The position numbers and the translations under genes are program-made. A stretch of DNA of 50,681 nt, filler included, from Catajapyx aquilonaris (taxonomy: Eukaryota): the NCBI GenBank assembly GCA_000934665.2. It is 2 parts of 2 records of this genome, joined end to end, with 100 filler letters (N's around TTAATTAATTAA, not from the genome) between each part and the next. Parts side by side here need not be neighbours in the genome. Positions count along the whole stretch, not along the records: positions 25,731 to 50,681 come from JYFJ02005450.1; 1 more part is not named here. One strand, written 5' to 3'. Numbering within the stretch: position 1 is the stretch's first letter; the number at the start of each line of letters is the position of its first letter. Under the pieces are notes generated by a model that ran no database searches, was not told the origin of the DNA, and saw only the letters and a program-made list of their open reading frames with translations. Positions 35,291-47,975 of the stretch are shown piece by piece.

Positions 35291-38200
35291 AATTGGCATT
35301 ACAGAGGATCCATTATCCGGGTATGGAATATGCCCCTACCCTCCCTCCTGATAATTATTGCTCTCAAAGTGCATCCCTTTTGGAAGTCAAGAACGTAGGG
35401 GAGTCCATCACTCTTACGCACTTAAGCACTGTTTGTAAGCCACGTGTGCTGGAGTGTCAGCCGATTCTATTAGGACCACACGCATTTTGCGCCACCCATT
35501 CGTATGCGTATAGGACTAGGGACGCAAAAAAAAAAACTATAGCCCTGAAAGATGACTCTGGCAAATGAACATCTGTCGGCTGACGTCCACTCTGTTACAT
35601 TGAATTAGTCAGGTACAGTCCAGGTCTATAGTAGTTCATGTAGTGCATTGTAGGGAGGGGGGGAAAAACTGTGGGTTATGTTGAAGCAGGCGTATTTTTG
35701 CCGACAGGGTTGTTAAATGAAGAACGTCCTGGGGAAAAAAACTCGGGGTGAGGCATAATGGCGTTTTCATGCATTCATCACTATATGCTCACAGCCTAGT
35801 GAAAGTGAAAGATGATTTATTGCTTGCGGAGCACCCGAATGGTGAAACTGGGGGTGCTCCATGCAGCAGACGTAAAATAATGTCGGTAGGCTATGTGCAT
35901 TTTCTGGCGTCAAATTGAGTGTACATTCCTTTATTTAGCATAGTTGCGAACGCGACTAGTCAGCGTTATGTAGAATGATTATCAACATTTGCATAATAAC
36001 AATATTTAGATAGCCACATTTGTTATAGAAAACTTTATGATTAAACATGTATACGTAGCATGTATACAAACACCTATATCGCCTAGTCCTCACTACATAA
36101 ACACGTGCAATAGCGGTGATTTGTATGGCAATAATAACAGCAACAATTGAAATGCAAATGTCCCTTGCGTGCCCCTATGTCCCACATTCAATGTAGCACC
36201 TGGGACAAATGACAAAGGGTGCTATTCTAATGATTTACAAGTCGGAAATGATGTATGTTTACACAATGCAGTGTTATCTCATTACGAAACTTTTGAACAG
36301 GAACTTGTTCTCCGGAGTAGTTCCTGATCGATTGTATTCCCTCGAGTGTATGCTACATAATATAACGCTTGGGATTTTCGCTCTCACATTGATTAGTTGA
36401 TCATGTAAATGTCTCTCAGTTCGGGGACAAAATTTGCATCAAACTATTTTTTGCTGGGTTTTTTGATGCTATTCATGAAATAAATTAATTCTAGATAACG
36501 CCACACTTTCTTGTTTCCCCCGAGGCACTGCTGTATACTCTCTAATCGGGAGCCAACTTTGTTGCTGATATGCTCCCTGTCGTGAATTCAGATTTAATAT
36601 ACAACTGGTTATTATGATAAAATATATTGCAAAAAAAGATGTTGGTATCCCTCTCGTGTAGCCTACTGATTGTAATATTTTGACATCACAACTTGCAGGA
36701 ACAGTTTGGTACCAGCAATACATGGAAACATATTGCAAAAATATCGACACTGAAAACCTCACAGCAATACCCCAGCTCCATGAACGAGCCAACGCAGTCC
36801 CCTTTTATACCTAGGGGTCCTAATTGGATTGCTTGTACAGACCGTTATTACCCCAGCAAAAATCGAAACTGTTTGCATATACGTTTGTAGCCTCAAGCAT
36901 ATTCGTTCAAGTCAAGCACCGTACTTCCCCAAGTATCCTGAATTAACAAAAAAAAAACAGCACACACAAAAAAAACGAAACAAAATTCTCTCCTGGAGTC
37001 ATAATCAGTCTTAATTGGAATATTCCGGTGAATTAGACTGAAAAACTGGTCGCTTTGAAACCCTCTACAAAAAAATATAGTGAACTTGATAATAACCGTC
37101 CTCGTCTACAAGCCCGTTTGCAAGTTTTCTTGCCGAGTCTAGATCCAGCGATGTATAAATGATAGGGAGGAAAGGTAATCCCCCAACTCCACCGCCACCA
37201 TGCAACCTCCCAGCTTTTAATTATGCACCACTTTCTTTCTCTGACAATCCCATTAAGAATAACAGGCGAGTTTTACCCCCCAATTAGCATTGCGTGACAA
37301 GTTGAATTTTGTGGACCAGCTAGAAGATTTTGCTCCACAGCAGCACCCGGGTTTCTAGACTACTATTTGGGGCTCAAAGGAGAGAGAAGCTGGAATATGT
37401 TACTATCCGACCTCCCTCTTACCCCTATTGTTGTGAAGCAAATATTCGCCAAAAGCAGCATTCCAACACTGGGGACTCATTTCGGCGACCTACATCGTAT
37501 GGATTTCACATTGTAGCTTCTGCATAGTTCTACCAGTATAGTCGTTTGTGTGTGCGTGTGTATCATAGCGTTACTACCACTTTACACGATGGCGCACAAT
37601 GTATGTTAGACTTCATAGTTTGTTCAACTTAAGTATTGTGCTAATATTATTCACCGATGAACCGATTGACTTAAATATCCAATTGACTTGTTGTAACATT
37701 CAGATTATTTTGTCACTATCCATAAGATGGCATAACCTCATGATTGATTGAGGGGTTTTTTTCTTCTCAAAGACACCGAATTAACTTGCAGTGATGGTTA
37801 GCATTATTATGGTTAGCATTATTATGAATAGTGCTTTCATTTCCAGTGTCATGCTGAGAATTTATTTGTCCGTCTTGTTTAATCGCGATGATGAGACGTC
37901 TCGGGCGAAGCAATGTTTGCATCGACAAGCTTTGCCTTAACCAGAATTCGCTGCTCATCCCCTTCCTTGTGTACACAGAAGTCCGTGGCTGTTCATATAC
38001 GAATTTATGTCTCGCTTCTCGTTTAATATGGCACAAAGTTGTGACGAGAGGAGTATATAGATTGTCGGATGTGTACACACTGAGTAGCCTAATACTGGCA
38101 GTGGCGACATTGACCTTATTGGACGCTGTTTGTTTTTCACACAGGTTGACACGATGTACGACGCGTGATGAGCAGGATGGCGAAAGTCCGGACCATGAAA

Positions 38201-41200
38201 TCTGCCTATATGCTGGTAAGTAATTAATTTAGTGCTTAATATATGAAAATCGAATTTTGTGAAGCAAGGTATATTTCATCCCATTTCCTGGTCGCTAGTG
38301 CCTTTCTTGAATATGCATGCAGTGTTGAATTAAAAAGCATCATGTACCAAACGAAAGCCTAAAGGCCCATGATTTTTTCGGGTAAATTTTTCGCATGGTT
38401 CTCCTAGTTTCGGATGCGAAATTCACTCTGTACACTTTTCAAGTGACTAACTTCCAGCTATTTGTGTGCGCTCGGCAGAATATTGAAAAAATAATGGGCA
38501 GTACATTTGGATGGTAATGAGCAATTTTGAGCCTTGAATATTGCGGGGGCTTGTGGTAGCGCGACTGAAGACACGGTTAAGTTGAAGGCCCATTTTCTGA
38601 TGCACAGCGGAAATTAAGCAGCGTGCAAATGAGCCTCCGCTCTTAGTGGGTCCAAGACGATAACCGGCAGCTGATGGCTTTATAAACAACCACTCTGTGC
38701 TCATAACCAGAATGAGTACGGTTATTTCAAAAACGGGCTTTGGGAATAGGACCTGAACTGCTCTCATTCTGCAGTTGTCTAGAATGAAGCGCAAGGGGCA
38801 GTCCATAAATTACATAAAGCTACTTTTGGCTATTTTCGAGCCCCTGAAACTCACCGTAACTGTCGCAAGACACCCTCGCCACCATAAATTACGTAACTCT
38901 GACATCAAGAACCTACGAGCTTGCTTTTATCATCCCAAAACTCAAAATTAGTTACGGCGCCAAAAGCTGAGCCCTACTATTTTGCTGGCCGATCAGAAGA
39001 TTCAGCAAGAATCTGGATAATATTATTTTCCACCTGTCTGTTAGAAGTGTGGTGGATGCAACGGTAGTCATTTTCTTAGTCCTTTTGTTCCTTGTCTGGG
39101 GGAAACCGACAGAGCGTGATGCTCGAATCCTTCCTTGCTTGGTTGCTTCGCCGCCTTCCTTACAAATTGCACATCTGCTTTTGTTGATGCCCCGACTCGA
39201 GAACATTGTTCCCCAGTGTGTCGCCTCCTATTCTTCCCACCCCCTTTATAACCTACATGGGACGATGATGGAGGGATTGGACCCAACTATCCCATCCAAT
39301 CATGCAATCGTTTAAGCAAACCCGTCCAATTAGTGTTAATAATGTTGAGGATTCATCACGTAGTCCAAGTTAGTTTCACAGGGACCCCGTTTCCCACTTG
39401 GAACTAGTTTCAACCTTTGTCGATAAGTCGAGTCGCCCACTTCCTCATATGCAAATGTAGAGTAAAACTCCCATTTGAAATTCGGCTCGCAAATTCAATT
39501 TGGGCGTCCGAACCGGACGTCATCTTGCTGAACCTGCTTCAACTTGTTCCCTGGCCAATCGTGCGCGTCTTGCAGTAACAGTGTTAGCGTATCAGTTTCA
39601 GGAACACCGCAACTGATTTGTGTAAGTGGACCAGTGGAGCAAAAATAACAGTTTTATCCTCCCTCGAGTCGAGCAGGCTGCCTCGTTTCGACCGATAACG
39701 CTCTTTGGCTCTAATGAATGCATCCTTGATGAATTCCTGTCTTATCTGTTTGGGGAGGGAGAAATTCCGCCATTTTTAGCCCGGTTCACTGGCTTCTAGA
39801 GGGAACTTTTAAAGGGGGCGCGATTGTTTTATCTCCGGAGGGATATCAACTTTTGTACAAAGCTGTGTGAACCTTGTCACAATTGGCACCGATTTTAGCC
39901 AGCAATAAAGATAGCAGGTCGCTTTGTCTGCTGCATTGCATGAAAGGGTAAATACAATACATGCCAGGATTATCCGTTTATTGTTAGGGTCATTATGGGC
40001 CCCATTCTTGCGAACTCTGTGGTCATATATTTAAACCCTGGCAGCTGCTGGTACTGTATGCAAAAATTCGGACAAAGGTGTTCTGGATTGTCCGAAACTT
40101 TCTTTGGCCTATAGTACGTACTAAATGAAGGGTTACAGGCATGCCCTGAGGGTAGACATAATCAAAGACAGTGAATTGAGTCGGTTGTGAGTCAGTGGTG
40201 ATGGCTCTCCAGTGCTCTCAGACAAATCAAACAACTCTCCAGATCCCCTTTGCTGCTCCCTACATCACTCTTCGGAGTGACCTCATTGCCGGTGCGGTAT
40301 AAGCACGCATTAACTTCCTGCTGTGCACACAGAGGGAGGCGATAACTACATTGAGTAACGACTAACGAGCGGAATCTGCTGACAAGATGTCGAGTTTGCG
40401 AAAGGCGCTGGACGGAAGTGTTTTGGCAGAGAGCAACGTCAGGAGAAGAGCCTGTCTCCACACGGCTTTTGTCAACAATAAGACCATCAGGAAGAGCTTA
40501 TTTGCTGGCAGAGAGCTACCAGAATCCATGAACTTGCTGGTCCAAACGTTTTGCTAAGGCCATGAACCCTCTACTGCCACGATATCGCACGCCCCACTTG
40601 AGCCTGGGGTCGAAGAACAATTTGGGCTTTTTGTTCCAGCCAGGGAAATGTTTGTGACACAAAACTAAGATCCCCCCGTATGCCGCATGTAATTTCCCAG
40701 AAGAGAGAAAGAGGGAGAAGGGAGTGTCTGAGACAGGTGTATACAGTAGGTAGGTTGGCAGTTGGATGGGGACTCACGACGCGAGTCGACTGCCAAGGGA
40801 TGCTCTGCTGCTGTGCCCACAGACTTCATCTCTTCCGCCAACTGCCTCGGAGACATTTTTCTTTTTCTTTCCGCTGGTGGGTCAGCTCTGCAAATTGCCT
40901 TGTCTTCTGGGCTAACGAATGCCAGCCAAGATGTTAGATACAGGATTAGCAATGAACCAGGCGTTGTTTCTTGTCAATAGTCCTATTTGTGTTCAGGAGT
41001 GACCTTTTTGGAGGAATGCCTGTAACCCCTTTAACATTTCAAAATTATACATCGAATGGAATTAACAAAGATCTGAAATGCATAGTGATCAGCAGACTTC
41101 CGGATATGAAGGTTTGAGTTTCAGTATCCCGGTGCATCTCATTTTTGTAAAAAATAGTAGCTGTAAAAATGGCTCGATCATCAATAAGTAACTCAATTTC

Positions 41201-43321
41201 GATCAAACTGCACATCGGGTCTTCACATGAACAGTAGGACATGAAAGTAAATATTGTTATGTCAATGCCAAGCTATCGGAGGCATTTGCGTCGCGTAATT
41301 CGGCGTGTAGCTACTGACACAAACAAAATGCGGTGTGCATGTCTATATGTACAGTTCGTCCCGGACAAAACCAAGGGATTTGCCCCTAAGCGAAATCCCA
41401 ACAATGCTGCGGTTTGCACGTGTCAATAACGATTTTTTTTGTACTCTTGACTTATGACCACTTGTGCCTGGACAACTGGCGCCATCCACTGTCCTCCACC
41501 CCCACACTTTTTTTCTCATCTTTTTTTTTTGTAAACTGGATCTTGAGTAGGTTCGAATAGCCCCAAATGCGTCCTGATTGAATCCTCTGGAGCCATGCCA
41601 CCCCCAGCATGGAAACCAATGTGATTATCGGCAGCATTCCGCCTGGATTCCTCTTACCCCTCCCTAGCATTGATTAGTTGATACACATCCCCCATCCTCC
41701 CACCCCTGGTTCCCAACACCACCAACCCCATCCACTCTACTGCTAAGGGGTTATACTCTGGATGTGCGCGTGTGTGATGCTCCAGCTCTACAGTTTCAAC
41801 AGGACGCTCCTAAAGAAGTGCCCACCACGTGTGCTCTTAAACTCCATGGGAAATCAATCCTGTTAGTCATGGCCCCCAACTTCATTATAATTAATTTGGA
41901 CGTCACTAGAGGACGTCATGGTTAGGTGAACTTTACCCTATTTTAGATTCGGCAGATTTGAAGGTAAACACTGGGGGTATGCTGGGATGTGCATTTTTTA
42001 AGTATATGTAGGACGCTGACGTCGATCCAATATTTCTGGCGCATTTTTGTTTCCAGTGCAGAGCAATTAAATCAACCGTGAGAGCGTGTGTGTTTCAATC
42101 ATTACGCAAGGGTGGAAACAAAAGGCTTTTTTTTTTAATTTTTTGGAAGGGGTGAAGAGGGGGGGGGGCTAATTGGATCACTGTATTCGATAGCGCACAT
42201 TTTGATGGCAGTGTCGTGTCTCCATGCGAGTAGACGCACGCAATGTCCTTATTTCGTGCCAGCCTTTGGCGACAGTGCCCAACTTTGCGGCAAACGAGCC
42301 TCAGCTAGAGGCTCCTACAAGTCTCGACATTGACTCAGAAGATATTTCCAGCCGAAATGTCCTCAGAACCAAGAAAAGGGGGTGCGTTTTTGGCAGTGAG
42401 GTCGTACGGTCGAACGTGAGGTAATTAGGTAACCCACTGGAATAATTATCAGAAAGGAACGCCTACAGATTTACTAATTGGAGGGCAATCACCGTGTACT
42501 CGTGTAATTAGGGTGTCAGATTATGATGATATGTTAGATGGGTTGTGGGTATAAAAAAAAGGCTGTGTGGTATCGAATGGCAGAGTTCCATCTGGGCTGT
42601 GGTCGGGGTATATCGAATGACAGCTACGCAAATTCAGGATGAGACGAGCGGAAAGCCTACATAAGCCCACTTTGATCGAATATGTAATATTGCTGAAAGG
42701 GGATAGCATCAAGGTGGGTGCACTTCAATTGAGTTGATCAGATCAATCACTGCTGTTTATAAATGACCAACAGAAATGTGGTACCGGTTTAGAGGGATAG
42801 AGGTTTAATCAACCTGAAGCATACTGCTCAGGTCACTCAGATTCAGAATATTTTAGGGGGGAGAATCATAAAATTCCAGAGCTATGCAAATATTAATATA
42901 TTGAAGTGGATAATTTAAATGGTTAAAATACTGTGGTTCCAGAAAATGGTATGCTCTGAAATGCTACTATTATCGCAAAAGTATATTATTTTAATTATGA
43001 GCCTAGTGGGGGCTAACCGGTAACATTCAGCAGGACTGAATTATTTAGCTGGATTTCGCGATTGGACATTAAAATACTTCTCATTACTAATAAATATTTT
43101 TAGAAATAAAAAACTTCTCGTGTAAAAAGAGCCTAATCTCTAGGTCAGATGTGTATTTTTGCATGAAAAGAACCTGCTTTCTGCGCTAGTGCAATCCAGT
43201 ACTATTTTTAGTAATAACATGAATAATAATCTGTAGCCTAATTAATATAAAAGTGCATCTATGATATTTTGGTAACAGCAGGACAAATATGGCATCCACC
43301 AAGCTGCCATATTAACTACAC

Positions 43322-43558
43322 CAGCGGTTCCCAACCTGGGGTTCGCGAAGCCTTTTCCGGGGAGTCGCGCGTGGCCGCGGCAATTTTTATAAATTAAAAA
43401 TTACTGAAATTTTTAAATAATAAAAATTATACACAATTTCATCGCGAAGCTTTTTTTCAACACCTACTAACACTCGGGGAGGGGGGGGGGGGGTTTGCAG
43501 GTTACTTGCCTATCATAAAAGGGGGTCGCGCCCCGAAAAAGATTGGGAACCCGCACTG
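43322..43558. mobile_element. hAT (Charlie-like) MITE, copy 1
   Basis: TIR cagcggttcccaa / ttgggaacccgcactg; flanks aactacac / cactacac (7 of 8 match); inverted homologue at 47757-47975. Confidence 0.78.
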
Positions 43559-46500
43559 CACTACACCGTTTACACCCGGATAAAAAAGGGTCGAAGGCCT
43601 CTTCCATGAAAACTGAATGAATCCATTTGAATCAAACCCGGAAAAGTCGAGCATCACAATTCTGAGCAAACCTATTATTACATTGAATATGGCTATTTGG
43701 CGATTAATTTTACGTGGCTCTCAGCCACAGGTTTGAGTTACGAGGTGTTTGCACTGCCGCTCATTGTCCCAAATCACTGCACATGTCGGCACATGTCCAC
43801 CGAGAGTGAGTGCCCAGAATCGGTATTTTACATGGTGTGCATTCCAGAAGGTGTCGCCGTGTCACAAGCCACCGGACCAATTCACGTTCCTGGCCAACTT
43901 GAAATGAACGCCATAATGTCGGACATTTATGCAAATTTGAGTGTTTAATGCATAGGGTGCATTTGATCGCAGCCGGCAATTATTCTTCGGAACTGGTCGG
44001 AACGGGGAACCCCCTCTGTAATATGAATCAAACATTCAAAGGGGGGGGGGATGGGGNGGGGATAAACTTTTAGTTGCAGACTTGGGGTGTACCCCCTACT
44101 AGCCCTTTCCATCAATCTAGCCCCGGTGTTGCTGACAACTCGACAAGAAGCAAGAAGTGAGAGATAGAGGGGCTTGTAGGGGGAAAATGAGAGAAAAATG
44201 GCCACGGTAGGGGCACCGAAATGCCGTGTGCAAAAGCACATTTCCGGAATGGAGGGAGGTTGAGGGGGGTGAGAGGTGGTTGAGATATGCACGCACACCT
44301 ATCCGGACCCACAGGGGAACACCCTCCTGTACAATGTGAGGGGGACCTGGAGATGAGACATATGGATGACATAGAGCCGGCTGTTTCCTAGATTCCTGTG
44401 GGGAGCTCAACCAACGCAGCTTGAATCTCTAGGGCTTATTCCAGGGTTTTTTATTCTCTTTTAGCATAGGTCATAGCTGTGCCAAGCCGGCTCACAATAG
44501 CACTAGAGGGACTAGTCGGCCTACACCTTTTCATTAAGTGAATATTAACAACGTTTCAGAGGGCCATTTTTGGTGTAGCTATTACGTACCCTACTGTATA
44601 CAGAAATTGAAGCGCGCAGGGTGTTGAAAAAAGAGGGCTGTGCAGTGTGTAGTATTACAGTATACGAAGGAGTGTGTGCAGTATCAGGATTGGCGATTAG
44701 CTTTCGATTCGTTCTATTATTCTGCTGTTACAAGCACAAGAAAATCTGGAAGGACTTTCGTAATGGGAGACCGAATGTGGCAGGGGTAGGGCCACTGCAC
44801 CAACGTACCCCATGACCTAACCTTCCTTTCGGGAAGATACACGCCTATACTTCAGCGGATACACACCTATAGGAGAGTAGATAAATGTGCGGTGTTTCTC
44901 GATACGAAAGCGTAGCCGAAAATCTTCAAACTACATGTCTCGAAATCACCCTAGTATAACCCTGCATTTTGATCGTAAAATGAATTCTCCAATGGGATTT
45001 ACTACCATGTAATCCTTAACCATTTCAGTTGCATTTATCAACACCCTAATGTCAGTAAATTATTTGAACTGAGAGTTATTAACTACTTTTCTAATTTTAC
45101 AATGCATTTCTAATAAGTTACTTGAAGCGTGGTCTGTAAAAAGGTCTTACAAGTTAGTGCCAAAAGTAAACGTTGTAGGAGGCGGATTTTATTGATGGCC
45201 TTAACTATACCAAGATGCTGCAATCATTTCGAATGATTGCGTTTTATGATGTCACTATTGCCCATTGGGGCTCTGAAACAATATCGTTCATGATGGGGGT
45301 AATTGGACTTCACTTTACATAGGAACTGAAAAGGGCATGGCGGCACTAATGACCTTTTTACAGGCCACGCTTTACTAACTTGATCAAAACGTGTAGCTGT
45401 ATAACTTTTGTTCATATCGTAACGAAACTCATCTCGTCAAATCAGATTTTGCCGTCATTTTGCATGCCACCATTGAAGGTCCAATCCCTGAGTTACAGAG
45501 CTGAAAATTTTTACGTGAGAAGAGTTTCTGAGTTTTCTACTTTGCGTGAGTTTTATCTCATCATGCCTTCCACATGTAATAAAACCATCAACAATGAGGT
45601 GTTTAATATAGAGGCTTTTCAATAATGATCCCTTAAATTATGTTCTCACGATTGCGAGAAACCATAAACTGATGTGTTGTAGCATCTTTTGTGGAAAATA
45701 CTGTCTTTCATCTTCGTGAAAGTGCTTTAAAATTGCAAGTCCATTAGCGCGAACAAAGTTGCAATTTTCACTCAGGCGTATTCAAAAAAATAACAAAATT
45801 GCAACATTCTGTCATTCTGAGGTTTATTGCAGCCTTGAGAACATGTTCCCGTGAGTCTTCAGATTACTCCATCCTGCGGTCTGGTCACGTGATAAGCATA
45901 TAATTTTATTGCCTGACCATCCTGGAGCAGCAGGCATAAATATACCACCCTATAAAAAAAACCGTCCAATTTTGCATTCTCTGACATATGATACATTTTT
46001 CCGAATAATTTCTGTACATCATTAGACATATTACGAATGGAAAATGCCTTGTATGTGCTATGTTACTCGTGCTAAATGACCGCATCGAAACTGACCACAA
46101 ATAGTGATAGTTTCGTGTCAGTTGCATTGAGCGCGTAATTCACTTACTCATTTCCATGCCGGCAAGGCCCCAGGCCAAACCCCATTGTTGGCAGGGAAAT
46201 TGAAAAAGGCTCACCAACAGCGTCAGTGACGGGTAATTGCGTGGATGAACGTCACTTGCCACTCCTGGCCCCGTATCTGTGATCCAGGATCAAAACTTTG
46301 GTAATGCCTGCAGTCCTGGGACTATAAGTTATCCCTGAGCTTGGGGTTTCATGCCGGGAGTTTTACACTCCACTTGATTGGCTAGGGGTGTGTGGAAGCT
46401 CCGGTGACTCCGGCACACCTGCGGTTTCATGCGGGACAGTGAGGGGTTACTAGGGTTTTATATGGGTGGAACAGGCTGTCGGAAGGACTGGAATTGTCAG

Positions 46501-47617
46501 AGGAATGGTGCGTTGTTGATGTTGTTATACCGTCACGGGATGATCGTAAAAATGCACTTGTCATAAGGTGTTGATATTCGTATCCTGCAGTATAGGCAAC
46601 CTGAGGTGTGGGTTGCCTTAACGCCAGGATGATTCAATGGCGTATGTTACACAGACAACTGCAGAAATGATCAGTTGCGTTGACAACGTCATGTCAGCAT
46701 ATTTCAGGTGGCCAGCTTTTGGCATCGAAGCATAAAATAACATGTACCGGTAACTAAAAATTGGATTATCCTGATTAGTGACCTTGCACCGTTTGTACAT
46801 TCTATCAATAACAAATCGTTTTGTACCGCACCATTAGGTTCAAAAAGCGTGCGTCCTTCACTGCCGAGCTTAATAGCTACCTGGGCACGCACGCTCTTAA
46901 TCCTATATACCCATGGACTGCAGAGCGAGCTTGTTAGCGGACGTCCTCGGCTACAAGCCCAAACCAATGGCAAGACCGCAAAAGCCTCGCTATGCACCAA
47001 AGTCCCTTCCCCATCACCCCCTCACTTCCTAAACAAGTAAGAAGGTCCTAAGTCCTCTATACGCCAAGAGATTCGTCCCTTCCCCCGAAGTTGTGTGGGA
47101 CTTTGGGTGCAGAAGGAGGGGAGAGGGGACCCCAAGGATGGCATTTCCTGCCTTTCCCACTATTGTTGTTTGGAGAGGTTTTGATTGGTTGCCTCGGTCC
47201 TCATTACCGGCCTTTCCCTTGGTGCTCCCGGGCGACAATTAATGAAATCACTTCGGTTCTAAAGTTGCGACTTCCTTCTCCTCTACCCCCCTCCCCCCTG
47301 CTCAGCTCGCGACTTTTGACAGCGGGGATGTTACACCGCAAAGGGGAAAAGCCACTTGCACAGTCATAAATGAGTTTGGCTATTCGGAAACTGGTATTGG
47401 GTCGTGGTGCTTAATCAACAAGTTGCGCAGTTACAGGCAAACGGATCAAACAAATTCCATATTTTGCCTCTGGGGTTTGTCCCGATTGTATGAGGTAATC
47501 GGTAATGACTCATACAGTACTAGCCTGTGGTGTTGCCGATATATACTGTAGTTGTTATTTGAATACCATACCTCGGCATGTCATGCACATGCATATTATG
47601 AAGTTATTGGTACTCAT

Positions 47618-47750
47618 CAGTCCAAAAAGAATTGTCCCGTCGCGTCGAGCGGGCAGCCACGCATCAGGATGAAAGGAACCAGTTAACTGGTTGCTTTCAT
47701 CCTGACGCGTGGCTGCCCGCTCGACGCGAGGGACAATTCTTTTTGAACTG
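47618..47750. repeat. 133-bp near-perfect spacerless palindrome (foldback MITE-like)
   Basis: cagtccaaaaagaattgtccc...ggatgaaaggaaccagt|taactggttgctttcatcc...gggacaattctttttgaactg; centre gttaac. Confidence 0.85.
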
Positions 47751-47756
47751 TTGATA

Positions 47757-47975
47757 CAGTGGTTCCCAACGTTTTTCAGGTCGCGACCCCCTTTTATGAT
47801 ATAGTCAAGTAACTGCGACAGCCCCCCACCCCCCGAGTGTTAGTAGGTGTTGCTGAAAAGCCTTCACGATGAAATTGCCTATGCAAATTTTTCGGATAAT
47901 TTTAGTAATTTTAGTAATTTTTTAATTTATAAAAATTACTGCGGCCATACGCGACCCCCAGGTTGGGAACCGCTG
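47757..47975. mobile_element. hAT (Charlie-like) MITE, copy 2, opposite orientation to copy 1
   Basis: TIR cagtggttcccaa / ttgggaaccgctg. Internal ccccgagtgttagtaggtgttg is the reverse complement of caacacctactaacactcgggg in copy 1. No clean TSD. Confidence 0.75.
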
